Origin: Leptospiraceae bacterium
GTDB taxonomy: Bacteria > Spirochaetota > Leptospiria > Leptospirales > Leptonemataceae
Assembly (NCBI GenBank): GCA_020440915.1
Contig: JAGRNE010000001.1
Span: forward strand, 1-47,075
Direction: 5' to 3'
Length of the DNA stretch: 47,075 bases
In this document: positions 35,639 to 45,002 of the stretch, piece by piece
Layout of the letters: each line of letters begins with the position of its first letter
Numbering within the stretch: the first letter of the stretch is position 1
Program-made: the position numbers and the translations under genes
The notes under the pieces: model-generated
Told to the model about the DNA's origin: nothing
Seen by the model: the letters and a program-made list of their open reading frames with translations, nothing else
The model's database searches: none

Positions 35639-36994
35639 TCACTGAACGCGTGCTGTTACGATTCCATTTTCCAGGTTTAGAACGCCCCTGGGGCAAACCG
35701 CGGAGCACATGCCGCAGCCCACGCAGGATGCTCGCACAATATTCTGACCTCTCTGGGCATACCATCGAACGTCTATACCCATTTCGCAATAAGTGGAGCA
35801 GTTCCCACAGGAGATACATTGACCTCCATTGGTTGTTATGCGAAAGCGGGAAAAGAACTTCTGCACGATCCCCAGGATGGCGGCCATAGGACAGCCGAAG
35901 CGGCACCAGACTCGCGTCCCAAGTAGAGGGTAAAAACCTACGCCCACAACGCCGCTAAAGATCAGGCCAATGTAAAATCCGTAGAATTCCCGTAGATCCT
36001 TACCCCAGCCGGGCAGAAGATTTCCGTCGCTCAGGGAGTTTGCCCACAGAACGCCAGTTACGATTACAATCAAGACCAGCACCGAATGTATGATCCAGCG
36101 CTCCAGTTTCCAGGCGGCCAGAGACTTATCGCTTAGCTGGCGAAAGGGATCGCCGGCTGTGTTGGCCAGTCCGCCGCATCCGCATACCCAGGAGCAGTAC
36201 CATCGTTTGCCGAAGAAGTAGGTGAGAATGGGCGTGGCCACAAAACTCATGAAGGCGCCGAATGCCAGAAAGTAGGTGAAGAGTTCCGCTTCGCCGGAGA
36301 AGAAATGCCCCAGAGCTCCAGGTACCCAGTCTGGCCAGGTTTCCGGATACAGGTATTCGGGTTTCAGAGGCCAGAAATAGCTGAAATAGAAGTCCGGTTT
36401 TTGCAGGCCCTGGAGTAAATACGGAATAGCAAATCCGAATCCAGTTTGAACAATCATTACTGAAATAGTGCGAATGATCTGATACGCCGAATGCCGGTGC
36501 TTTAAGATCATGCGAATGCCAAAGACAAATACTGCAAGAGTGTACATGAAACTGTAGAAAAACCAGTTATCCGCGGGTTTGCTTCGCATCCACTGACTGA
36601 TGGGATCAAAATTAGAGTAGAGTCGTTCCTGAAAGAATTGATGCAGGGTAGCCTCTCCCAGAGGGATGCGATTGCCAAAGTAGATGATTACGTAGAGGCC
36701 GGTGATGATTACTCCCAGAAGAATTCCTGCCAGGCCTCGGCCGGTAACGCTGGAATGGTAGATGCCATGGTTGTCGATTCCTGCCGGCCTGGAAAGCGCC
36801 CTTCGCGCAGCCAGCATAAAGAATCCCAGGCAGAGCAGTCCCGGAAAAAGGGCCAGATACAGGCCGCCTTCCGGCGTCGGTAAGCCAGAAATTCCAAGCA
36901 ATGGTACTGCCAGGCTTATGCTGACAAGAAGGGTGGCCATAAGATCAAAAGGCTGACCAGGCTGAAAGGGAGATGATGTGCTGGATCGATTCAT
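35639..36994 (-). CDS. Polytopic membrane polyferredoxin (NapH/MauN-like 4Fe-4S binding protein)
   Basis: Multiple TM segments. Cys clusters CSWVCGCGG and CRFGCP. Two ferredoxin motifs, CISCGNCSTYC and CVGCGMCSAVCP. Confidence 0.8.
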   Translation of the reverse strand: MNRSSTSSPFQPGQPFDLMATLLVSISLAVPLLGISGLPTPEGGLYLALFPGLLCLGFFMLAARRALSRPAGIDNHGIYHSSVTGRGLAGILLGVIITGLYVIIYFGNRIPLGEATLHQFFQERLYSNFDPISQWMRSKPADNWFFYSFMYTLAVFVFGIRMILKHRHSAYQIIRTISVMIVQTGFGFAIPYLLQGLQKPDFYFSYFWPLKPEYLYPETWPDWVPGALGHFFSGEAELFTYFLAFGAFMSFVATPILTYFFGKRWYCSWVCGCGGLANTAGDPFRQLSDKSLAAWKLERWIIHSVLVLIVIVTGVLWANSLSDGNLLPGWGKDLREFYGFYIGLIFSGVVGVGFYPLLGTRVWCRFGCPMAAILGIVQKFFSRFRITTNGGQCISCGNCSTYCEMGIDVRWYAQRGQNIVRASCVGCGMCSAVCPRGVLNLENGIVTARVQ

Positions 36995-37068
36995 AACTGT
37001 ATTTCCGGTCCGTGTTTTTTCTCAATGCTTCGGGCTGAAGACTCCGGGCTGATCCTGGCTGAATTGGC

Positions 37069-38442
37069 TTAATCTGCGGTGACAGCTACACTCTTTCGCC
37101 GGATTTTGAAGGCCTTGCTGATCTTCTTTTCTGGTCTTTCGAAAAATTCAGGATCGAAGTTCGCTTCCTTTAGATTGTCTATGACGTAATCCGGACTTCG
37201 CTTTTCTCGAATCCATCGCTGGCACACTTCCTGGCGATACCGAATGCCCAGTACGTTGAATCCGGTGACAGCAGCAGAACTGCCTTCGCCTTCCCATACC
37301 ATGCGAAAGCACAGGCGTTTTTCAGGATGTTGCCAGTAGAATGTGCGATCGGGTTCCGGACTTGCGGGTACAAAACCATAGGTCTGATACTCCAGGTTAA
37401 AGAATTTCGCCGAATTAAACCAGATGCCGCGATCGTAGCTTACATCTTCGGGCGCAGGCTGGTTATCGTCAATATCGGAACGCAACGCCAGACCATGGTC
37501 TTTCTGGATTCGATGGCCCAGGATCTTGCCCAGGGCTTCGCCATGCATCTTCCCGGTGTACCAGAGCTGTTCCAGGGGACCCGGGCTCCCATCCTGCATT
37601 CTAAATTGTGCGCAGTCTCCGGCCGCAAAGACTCTATCCACTGATGTGCGGAAGCGATCGTCCACCAGGTAACCCCGGGCCGTCTCCAGGGAAGGATGGG
37701 AGACGGATAGGTTGGGCGATACCCCGGCCGTCAGACCCACGAAATTGGCCTGGATTGTTTCTCCTTCAGATGTTATCACTGCGCTGGCACGGCCGGCGGA
37801 GTCTCCTTCAATGGACTTTAGCTCCGTGCGTAGCTTCAATCCTACGTGGTGCTCTTCAATCTCTTCATGGACCAGCGAAGATTCTTCTGCTGGCAGAATG
37901 TTGCCCCAGTAATGAGTTTCCCGCACCAGAAACGTGGAAGGAATCCCTCTTGTATGCAGCATCTCCGCCAGCTCAATTCCAATGAGTCCTCCTCCTATAA
38001 TTACAGCGTGGTCAATACCTCTTTCGGTCCATTGCTCCAGATTTTGCAGATCCTGCATCGAATACAGTCCCTGCACCCCATTCAGGTTTTCACCAGGCCA
38101 TCCAAATCGATTGGGCAAGGAACCGGTGGCCAGAACCAGATAATCGAAATCGACTCTCTGACCAGAAGCGAGTTGCACAAAGCCGGCCGGCTCCAGGGAT
38201 TCCACGCGACCTCGAATTCGCTCCAAACGATTTTCATCGTAGAACCTTCGTTCGTAAGGCTCGGTTTGTTTCGCCTCCATGTGGCCCATGTAGATATACA
38301 TCAAAGCCGGGCGGGAGAAGAAATAGTCGGTTTCATCGGAAATGATGCGGATGCGTACTTCTTTGAATTGCTTGCGAATGGTTCGCGCTACGGTGATTCC
38401 TGTGATTCCGTTGCCGATAATAACAAGTACGGGTTCTTTCAT
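37069..38442 (-). CDS. NAD(P)/FAD-dependent pyridine-nucleotide-disulfide-type oxidoreductase with C-terminal extension
   Basis: N-terminal dinucleotide fold VLVIIGNGITGITVA. Second Rossmann motif AVIIGGGLIGIELAE. FAAGDCA motif. Confidence 0.85.
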   Translation of the reverse strand: MKEPVLVIIGNGITGITVARTIRKQFKEVRIRIISDETDYFFSRPALMYIYMGHMEAKQTEPYERRFYDENRLERIRGRVESLEPAGFVQLASGQRVDFDYLVLATGSLPNRFGWPGENLNGVQGLYSMQDLQNLEQWTERGIDHAVIIGGGLIGIELAEMLHTRGIPSTFLVRETHYWGNILPAEESSLVHEEIEEHHVGLKLRTELKSIEGDSAGRASAVITSEGETIQANFVGLTAGVSPNLSVSHPSLETARGYLVDDRFRTSVDRVFAAGDCAQFRMQDGSPGPLEQLWYTGKMHGEALGKILGHRIQKDHGLALRSDIDDNQPAPEDVSYDRGIWFNSAKFFNLEYQTYGFVPASPEPDRTFYWQHPEKRLCFRMVWEGEGSSAAVTGFNVLGIRYRQEVCQRWIREKRSPDYVIDNLKEANFDPEFFERPEKKISKAFKIRRKSVAVTAD

Positions 38443-38492
38443 GGATAGCCTGAATTCGGAAATGTAATAGCAGGGTTACAGGATTTCCCGGT

Positions 38493-38876
38493 ATGTCAAA
38501 TAGAGAAACCAGAGGTTGGGCTGTGCTTACCGTTTCGGGCGCGGAGCTGCATCCCGAAGATGTAAGCCGAATCCTGGGCATGGAGCCCGATCGGATTATT
38601 CCCAGAGATGCCTGGGGCCGGGGCATATGGCAGCTGAACAGCCGCCCTGCAGGTAACGAAAAGATAGAGGAGCATGTGAAGGATCTGTTGCGACGCCTGT
38701 TGCCTGTGCGTCGCAATCTCCGTCAGCTGGCCCGGGAGCATGAGGTCCGCGTCTCTTGCGTGCTGGATGCCGGTTCAGAAACCGAAGCCCATTTCGAGCT
38801 GGATCCCAGATATCTTCTGCTGGCCGGCGCTGTGGGCGCCGTGATGGAATTTCGCTTCCAGGCGGGCTTTCAATGA
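38493..38876 (+). CDS. DUF4279-like small protein
   Basis: 127 aa. The pattern LTVSGAELHPEDVSRILGMEPD...W.L.S resembles DUF4279 and is tentative. Confidence 0.55.
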   Translation: MSNRETRGWAVLTVSGAELHPEDVSRILGMEPDRIIPRDAWGRGIWQLNSRPAGNEKIEEHVKDLLRRLLPVRRNLRQLAREHEVRVSCVLDAGSETEAHFELDPRYLLLAGAVGAVMEFRFQAGFQ

Positions 38877-39028
38877 AACTCTTCATCCCGGCCTTGCCTG
38901 CGAGGTCAGGTATGTCCGGGGTAGTATTCCGGAAAAGCAGAGCTGTTACAAAAACTGTGGAAAATGTTGCAAAAGCAGCACTACTCTGTGTTTAACGTTT
39001 GTTCGTATATTAACGTACAGGAGTTGTT

Positions 39029-39742
39029 ATGATTTCAACCAGATTCTTGCGCTCGCGAATGGGCGCCGCCGCCATTCTTACCATGGTATTCTTTTCTGCC
39101 GGGATGTTGCATGCAGAGGACAGAGCCGTGGTAACGCACCTTGTGGGTCTTGCCAGGGTGCAGAAGGGAGGCCAGGGCTCCTGGGAGCCGTTGAAGCTAA
39201 GAAGCATTATTTCTGGTAAGGATCGAATTCAGACCGGTCCCCAGAGTCGTCTGATTGTACTGTACGCCGGCACAGAGATCCGCCTGGGCGAAAAAACAGA
39301 AGTCACTGTGTCCAATCTGAAACAGAAAGATAAGCCGGTGCAACTCAAGCTTAAAGAGGGATTCACCTGGGTAAACGTAAAAAAGCCGCTTGAGTCCGGT
39401 CTGGAAATTGTGAGCCCCACGGCCGTAGCTTCCGTTCGTGGAACCAAGTTTTCGGTCAGCCATGATCACAACGGTAGCGCCACATGCGTCTGCGAAGGCA
39501 CCGTGGCGACAAAGGCTGTGGATGCTGAGAAGTTCACAGATGTAAAAAAGGGCTTTAGCAACGACTTCTCCGAAGAGGGAGAAGTAAAGACCAATGATTT
39601 TCGCGATCTATTTCGCGGACTCAAGGTGGATCAGAAGTTTCAGGAAATAATCGATGCGGATGCAAAAATGCAGGGCTGCACCATGTGTCATCGAATGACC
39701 GATCTGGCCACCGACAACAGTCCCGATCCAGACGACTATTAA
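39029..39742 (+). CDS. Secreted FecR-domain protein with C-terminal CxxCH motif
   Basis: AGGAG lies 7 nt upstream. Signal peptide. FecR-like core (VGLARVQKGGQGSWEPLKL...GKDRIQTGPQSRLIVLYAGTEIRLGEKTEV). CTMCH at 39677-39691. Confidence 0.7.
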   Translation: MISTRFLRSRMGAAAILTMVFFSAGMLHAEDRAVVTHLVGLARVQKGGQGSWEPLKLRSIISGKDRIQTGPQSRLIVLYAGTEIRLGEKTEVTVSNLKQKDKPVQLKLKEGFTWVNVKKPLESGLEIVSPTAVASVRGTKFSVSHDHNGSATCVCEGTVATKAVDAEKFTDVKKGFSNDFSEEGEVKTNDFRDLFRGLKVDQKFQEIIDADAKMQGCTMCHRMTDLATDNSPDPDDY

Positions 39743-39934
39743 ATCGTCCACCCGTCCTTCTCTGAGGCCGAGGTCCGCCGAATCGAATCCATTGATGCGG
39801 CAGCCTCGGCGCTGTGGTGTTTGCTGGTTTTTGCCATGCTTCTGCCCTCCCTGAAACCCGCCTCTGGAGCATCGCCTGTTTTGAGATCTTCGGACAGAGC
39901 TTGACAGCGCAGCCGGGTCCATCGGCTTTTGCTC

Positions 39935-40816
39935 ATGGCTCGAAAGGACGATTCGCTTCTGAAGAATCTTCAAAAGGAACACATTGAAGGCAGGCTATGC
40001 CTGGTTACCGGAGCTACTTCCGGTATTGGGAAGGCCACTGCCATCGGCCTACTGGAACTGGGAGCCCAGGTTGTAATTACAGCCCGTGACATTGCCAGGG
40101 GCCAGGCGACTCAGAGAGAGATTCAGATGAAATCCGGTCGAAGCCGTGTAGAGCTCTATGAGCTGGATCTTGCTTCGCAGGATTCCATCCGCAAATTCAT
40201 CAAGGACTTCAAGAAAAGGCATAAAGGCCTGGATGTTCTGATAAACAATGCAGGAGTCTTTCATCCGGAGCGGGCAGAAAGCGCCGATGGGGTCGAGGCC
40301 ACCTTCGCCGTAAATCATCTTGGCCCATTTCTGCTGACCGAATCGTTGCTCGATGTTCTGAAAAAGAATGCCCCTTCGCGGATCATCAATGTGGCCTCCG
40401 CATTGCATTACCAGGCAAAGACTGATTTTCTTTCCGGCGGGCCTGCTCTGGACAGAAAAGAGAACTACAGCGGATTCCAGGCCTACAACGATTCCAAGCT
40501 CTGCAATGTAATCTATACTATGGATCTGCTGCGGAAACTGCAGTCCCAGAATATATCTGTATATGCCTTTCATCCCGGAGTGGTGGATACAGGACTTGTG
40601 CGGGAATACCCTGGCTTTGTGAAGTTCGCATGGAGTATGCTCAGCAAATCGGCAAAGAAAGCCGCCATTCCTCTTGTTGAGCTGGCAAGCCTTCCGGACC
40701 CTGGCCCTTCTGGCACATACTTCCACGGTAAGAAAAGAAAGAAGCCCCTGGCCGTCGCCAACGATGCGACATCTGCAGATCGGCTTCGCCAGATTTCAGA
40801 AGAATTGCTTTCCTGA
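39935..40816 (+). CDS. Short-chain dehydrogenase/reductase (retinol-dehydrogenase-like SDR)
   Basis: TGATSGIGKAT cofactor motif, NNAG, and catalytic YNDSK. Confidence 0.9.
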   Translation: MARKDDSLLKNLQKEHIEGRLCLVTGATSGIGKATAIGLLELGAQVVITARDIARGQATQREIQMKSGRSRVELYELDLASQDSIRKFIKDFKKRHKGLDVLINNAGVFHPERAESADGVEATFAVNHLGPFLLTESLLDVLKKNAPSRIINVASALHYQAKTDFLSGGPALDRKENYSGFQAYNDSKLCNVIYTMDLLRKLQSQNISVYAFHPGVVDTGLVREYPGFVKFAWSMLSKSAKKAAIPLVELASLPDPGPSGTYFHGKKRKKPLAVANDATSADRLRQISEELLS

Positions 40817-40913
40817 ACTCATTTGCGAACCGAGGCCAGGGCGCGGACTCGTCCATCCTCAAATCCAGCGATACAGGCAGTCCGCAACATTGCCCGGAGT
40901 TGCTCCGTCGAAA

Positions 40914-42563
40914 TCAGAATTCCGCGGTTAACATGAAATAGGCGAAATCGCTTCTGGGATCGAAAGCCGGTTCCCGCAGATCGGGCCGAACATAGGTTTC
41001 GTCCACACGATGCCGAATGGAGCTTCGAGCGTAGGCCTGACCATAGCCAAAGGCGAATTTCAGTCCATTGGCCTTGATTGCATAGGTTACGTTGTATTCG
41101 TCAAACAGTGCGGCGCTTAGCTGAGCCACCGAGTTTTCCGAGATCTTTCCGTTGGCATCCAGAACTTCGCCATAGCGCGAATTGCTGCTGGTTTCGGTGC
41201 TCAGAAGTTCGCCATCTTCATCGGTGGCCGCATTGCCGCCATTATCGTAGTAGCTGTCCTGCGCTTTGTGCTTCCTGTAGTTCCAGTACGCCAGCTTCAA
41301 CTCTCCGTATTGGCCAAAGGAGAGATCCAGGCGAATGGCCCGGGCTATCATATTTCTGGAGCCGATCAAATCCATATCTCCCATGGGTCCATGGTTGGAA
41401 GGAAAGAGCTGATTGTAGGTGGCCACCGAAGCGTCCGTGCGATCCGGATCGCCGGAGGCCAGGTCGGCCATCAGGCCAATGCGAAGAAACTCTACAGGTC
41501 GGTAGCCTACATCGGCGTAGAGGACGTAGGCATCGTAGCGCTGTCTTTCTGTATAGATGGGATCTCCATTGGAGTCGCGAAGATTCAGTAGATCCCATCC
41601 GGCCTGCACGCGCTGCCCGTTGAATCCGGTCTGGTAGGCCCCTTCCAGGGAATAATCGAAGATTGGGCTGGCGCTCTTTCCGTTTACAGTCTTATTCGTA
41701 ATGCGCAGTCCAATGGTATGCAGATTGTCCCTTTGCCGATCCCTGGCCTTTGGAGGAATGGGCAATCCAGGATACGGCGAAGTGCTGGCCGGAATCCACT
41801 TCTTGTAAATGCCTATGTAGTATGGCTCCAGCTGAAACTGTGGGTGGATCTTGATTTCATTGTACATTGCAGCCATGTACGCATCATCCAATTCCCGGGG
41901 TGTGGAAGATTGCACCGTGCAGATACCGGAAGTAGCATTGCACTGGAAGTTGATGCCCGAAGGGTTCTCTCTTCCGACCGTGGTGCGCAGACCGGTTCCC
42001 GCATCTTCCTCTGCGATAACGGCGCCTATTAGTGAAGATTTCCAGAGGCCCAGTTCCCAGTGAAACTCCATGGCATCGAAACTTCGCCCCACATGATTCC
42101 AGTCCGTTCTGCCCAGCTGTCTTCCGCTTCCGTAATCCAGGATCTGTCGTCCCATCTTAATTCCCACGGGGCCCAGCAGATTGTCCGATTTTACATACGC
42201 TTCGCGAACGGTAAGAAAGCTATCCGACTCCTGGGGATCGGCCGCGAAGCCTGAATCGCTGGACGGACTTCCGCCCCAGACCCGGGAATCCTGCAAACGG
42301 AAAACCAGAGTCGTATCTTCGGTGAATTTCTTTTCAATGCCCAGCTGAATTTTGCTGCCCACGAATTCGCTGGTATCATCTGTTTTTCGATTGAAGTCCG
42401 GGTTAGCTCGAAACTCCGGTCTGAATCGTGCGCTTCCAAATACTGTGAAGCCGTCCAGCCAGCTAGATGCGTCCCAGTCATCCGCCATCGCGGAAGCGGG
42501 AAGCAAAAGTGCAACGAACAGAAATGTAATAAAGCGGGTTATTGGCTTATTCTTCCTCATCAA
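40914..42563 (-). CDS. Outer-membrane beta-barrel, alginate-export (AlgE)-family-like porin (tentative)
   Basis: Signal peptide ending ASAMA. Beta-strand-rich sequence starting FGSARFRPEFRAN. Terminal aromatic residue (MLTAEF). Confidence 0.55.
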   Translation of the reverse strand: MMRKNKPITRFITFLFVALLLPASAMADDWDASSWLDGFTVFGSARFRPEFRANPDFNRKTDDTSEFVGSKIQLGIEKKFTEDTTLVFRLQDSRVWGGSPSSDSGFAADPQESDSFLTVREAYVKSDNLLGPVGIKMGRQILDYGSGRQLGRTDWNHVGRSFDAMEFHWELGLWKSSLIGAVIAEEDAGTGLRTTVGRENPSGINFQCNATSGICTVQSSTPRELDDAYMAAMYNEIKIHPQFQLEPYYIGIYKKWIPASTSPYPGLPIPPKARDRQRDNLHTIGLRITNKTVNGKSASPIFDYSLEGAYQTGFNGQRVQAGWDLLNLRDSNGDPIYTERQRYDAYVLYADVGYRPVEFLRIGLMADLASGDPDRTDASVATYNQLFPSNHGPMGDMDLIGSRNMIARAIRLDLSFGQYGELKLAYWNYRKHKAQDSYYDNGGNAATDEDGELLSTETSSNSRYGEVLDANGKISENSVAQLSAALFDEYNVTYAIKANGLKFAFGYGQAYARSSIRHRVDETYVRPDLREPAFDPRSDFAYFMLTAEF

Positions 42564-42658
42564 AAACTCCAGTGAGTAAACACTTCAGCGCCGGGGTTTC
42601 CCGGATATATAGCAAATTTCCGGTCCTGTGCCCAGGAAAAAAGTTCTTAAAAGCAGTG

Positions 42659-43390
42659 TCAGGAGCCGATCAGCATCCTGCTACTTTCAGTGGAGAGATG
42701 GTTGCGCAAAAAGTCAAGCTGTCGATCCCGAATCTGCTCCAGGGCCGCATCGCAAAGGTCAAGTATTTCATCTAGCTGAGCTTTAGTAAATCCCGCCCGT
42801 TCACCTGTGCCCTGAAGCTCAATCCATTCCTTTCTCTGGTTCTGTACGGCATTCAAATCCACATCGGCGCTACTGTCCTTTTCGTAGTCAAGATCCACCA
42901 CGCATTTTCCTTTCACTACTCCGGCGCTGATGGCGCTAACAAGCTGGATCGGTATGCGATCCGTTGCATTGACGGGAAGCTTACCTTCTTCCAGGGCCCT
43001 CCCCAGCGCAAGCATCAGGGCCACCGAGGCGCCAGAAATGGCTGCGGTTCGCGTTCCTCCATCCGCCTGGAGAACTTCGCAATCGCAAATGATGCTAACT
43101 CCCGGTATAGCTGTGAGCTCTACCATGGCTCTCAAAGATCGTCCAATGAGGCGCTGGATTTCAGTGCTTCTTCCGTCGGTGCCGCGCTTCTTCCGGGGGG
43201 ACGTGGAGCCAGGAAGCATGTTGTATTCAGCGCTGATCCATCCAGAAGGAGGCTCTTTGGAAGCCAGCCATCCAGGGAGATCCGTGGAAAGGGAGGCGGT
43301 GCAAAGGACCCTGGTGTTACCTGCAGATAGAATTACCGCTCCTGCTGCGGCGGTCTCGAACTTTTCAATGATTACATTTCTAATAGCCAT
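42659..43390 (-). CDS. rph: Ribonuclease PH
   Basis: GNTRVLCTAS, GWISAEYNMLPGSTSPRKKR, GRSTEIQRLIGRSLRA and CDCEVLQADGGTRTAAISGA. Confidence 0.95.
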   Translation of the reverse strand: MAIRNVIIEKFETAAAGAVILSAGNTRVLCTASLSTDLPGWLASKEPPSGWISAEYNMLPGSTSPRKKRGTDGRSTEIQRLIGRSLRAMVELTAIPGVSIICDCEVLQADGGTRTAAISGASVALMLALGRALEEGKLPVNATDRIPIQLVSAISAGVVKGKCVVDLDYEKDSSADVDLNAVQNQRKEWIELQGTGERAGFTKAQLDEILDLCDAALEQIRDRQLDFLRNHLSTESSRMLIGS

Positions 43391-43543
43391 TCAGGCACAA
43401 TCCTGCGAGGGACAGTGAGGACAATTGACTTTCCTGTACCTCGCTTCAGGCGGCGTTTCGAGGCCTGCTGAATCGGACTGCAAGGCACCGCGAAGCTGAA
43501 CGGAAAAAACAATGGCCCGCCATCTCCGAACTGCGGATCTTGT

Positions 43544-44173
43544 ATGGGTGTTCCAGGCCACCTGGAGCCAGCGCACAATCACTGCAGGGAGCTGACTTTG
43601 GAAAAAGAAGTAAGTCATGAGGATGCCTTAAACGCTGTTAGGACTTTGATCCGATACATTGGCGATGATCCGGAGCGAGAAGGATTGCTGGAAACCCCGG
43701 ACCGGGTGGTGCGATCCTTTGAACACATCTACAGCGGCTACAAAAAGGATTACCGGGATGTGCTCAACAAGACGTTCACCTCCAGCACCGAAGAGATGGT
43801 TGTGCTGTCCAACATCGAACTCTATTCCATGTGCGAACATCATATGCTTCCGTTTACCGGAAAGTGTCACATTGGCTACATCCCTAAAGGCAAAGTCCTG
43901 GGAATCAGCAAGCTGGCACGGGTTATGGAGATCTTCTCCCGCCGATTGCAGATCCAGGAAGAGCTCTGCCATCAGATCGCTTCGGCCATCTACGATGCGT
44001 TAAAGCCAGATGGCGTGGGCGTGGTCATCGAAGCGCAGCATATGTGCATGACCTGCAGGGGAGTGGAAAAGCAGCATTCGATAATGACCAGTTCCACATT
44101 GCTGGGCTCGTTTCGCGAAGATCCCCGCACGCGGCAGGAATTCTTTGATCTGATTCGTGCCAACGGGAAATGA
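43544..44173 (+). CDS. folE: GTP cyclohydrolase I
   Basis: [41 protein letters not shown] and [12 protein letters not shown]. Confidence 0.93.
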   Translation: MGVPGHLEPAHNHCRELTLEKEVSHEDALNAVRTLIRYIGDDPEREGLLETPDRVVRSFEHIYSGYKKDYRDVLNKTFTSSTEEMVVLSNIELYSMCEHHMLPFTGKCHIGYIPKGKVLGISKLARVMEIFSRRLQIQEELCHQIASAIYDALKPDGVGVVIEAQHMCMTCRGVEKQHSIMTSSTLLGSFREDPRTRQEFFDLIRANGK

Positions 44174-44281
44174 GGGGCTGAGCCCGGGGAAGCCCATGGA
44201 GGAGGCCAGAAGTCGGGCAGGACTCCCGGAGGTGTGCCGGGGCCCCTCGGTCGCATCCGATGCTTCGAGGCGCATTGCGGT

Positions 44282-44950
44282 TCAGGGTTCTGCGAAATCC
44301 ATGAGCCGCCGGCCAGACCGCCACAGAATGCGATCCAAGGCTGCAGGCGAAAGGCCCACAACATTCAGGTAATCGCCCTGAATCTCTTCTACAAGCAGGC
44401 ATCCGTAGCCCTGAATGGCGTAGGCGCCAGCCTTATCTTTCCATTCGCCGGTACTGATATACCATTGCAGAGTATTTTCATCGAGCTCGCGAAATCGCAC
44501 CAGGGTAGAAGTCAACTCCCATTCGAATCGGCCCTCCGGGGAAACCATCACGTGACCTGTGCGTACAAAGTGCTCCGTGCCGGAAAGATGTTCGAGCATC
44601 TGACGGGCCTCTGCGGCATCCGAGGCTTTGCCCAGATAGCCCAGATAGAGCGGTCCGCTGGAAACAGCGGTATGGGAGGCTCCTGAATGATTCCGATCTT
44701 CAAGAGGCGGCTGCGCCGGTAGGCCTTGGGCTTCTACTACGGTATCGCAGGCAATGATCCACGAACCCGGAAAATCCCGATGTGCCTGTTGCGCCTTTCT
44801 CTCCGCAATGTAAAGCGCCGGATGCCGCTTTTCCAGAGCATCCAGACCTTCGTCTGTATCCACGGGCCGGACGGAGAAATCCAGGTTCAGGCCCGCGAGA
44901 ATTTCTTTTCTTCGCGGCGATGCGGAGGCCAGTATGAGCGGAGGGGTCAT
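44282..44950 (-). CDS. maf: Maf-family nucleoside triphosphate pyrophosphatase
   Basis: From ATG 44950: LILASASPRRKEIL and KAGAYAIQG. The upstream ORF-track extension overlaps the desaturase gene end and is Pro/Ser-rich. Confidence 0.88.
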   Translation of the reverse strand: MTPPLILASASPRRKEILAGLNLDFSVRPVDTDEGLDALEKRHPALYIAERKAQQAHRDFPGSWIIACDTVVEAQGLPAQPPLEDRNHSGASHTAVSSGPLYLGYLGKASDAAEARQMLEHLSGTEHFVRTGHVMVSPEGRFEWELTSTLVRFRELDENTLQWYISTGEWKDKAGAYAIQGYGCLLVEEIQGDYLNVVGLSPAALDRILWRSGRRLMDFAEP

Positions 44951-45002
44951 GAGATTCTTAGAGGCCGGAGCGCCGATTTCAGTAGATAGCGCTTCTGGCA
45001 CT

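Noticed and set aside
39767-39810. Terminator after the FecR-domain gene (GCCGAGG...CCTCGGC with inner CCGC/GCGG).
   Set aside because: The loop is long and interrupted and no T tract follows, so it is too weak to call.
43391-43543. THF-type riboswitch in the 153-nt divergent region upstream of folE.
   Set aside because: Only short 5-bp complementary segments (CCTCG/CGAGG, GCTTC/GAAGC) are visible, and I cannot match a known consensus from memory. It would need an Rfam scan and is not supportable by eye.
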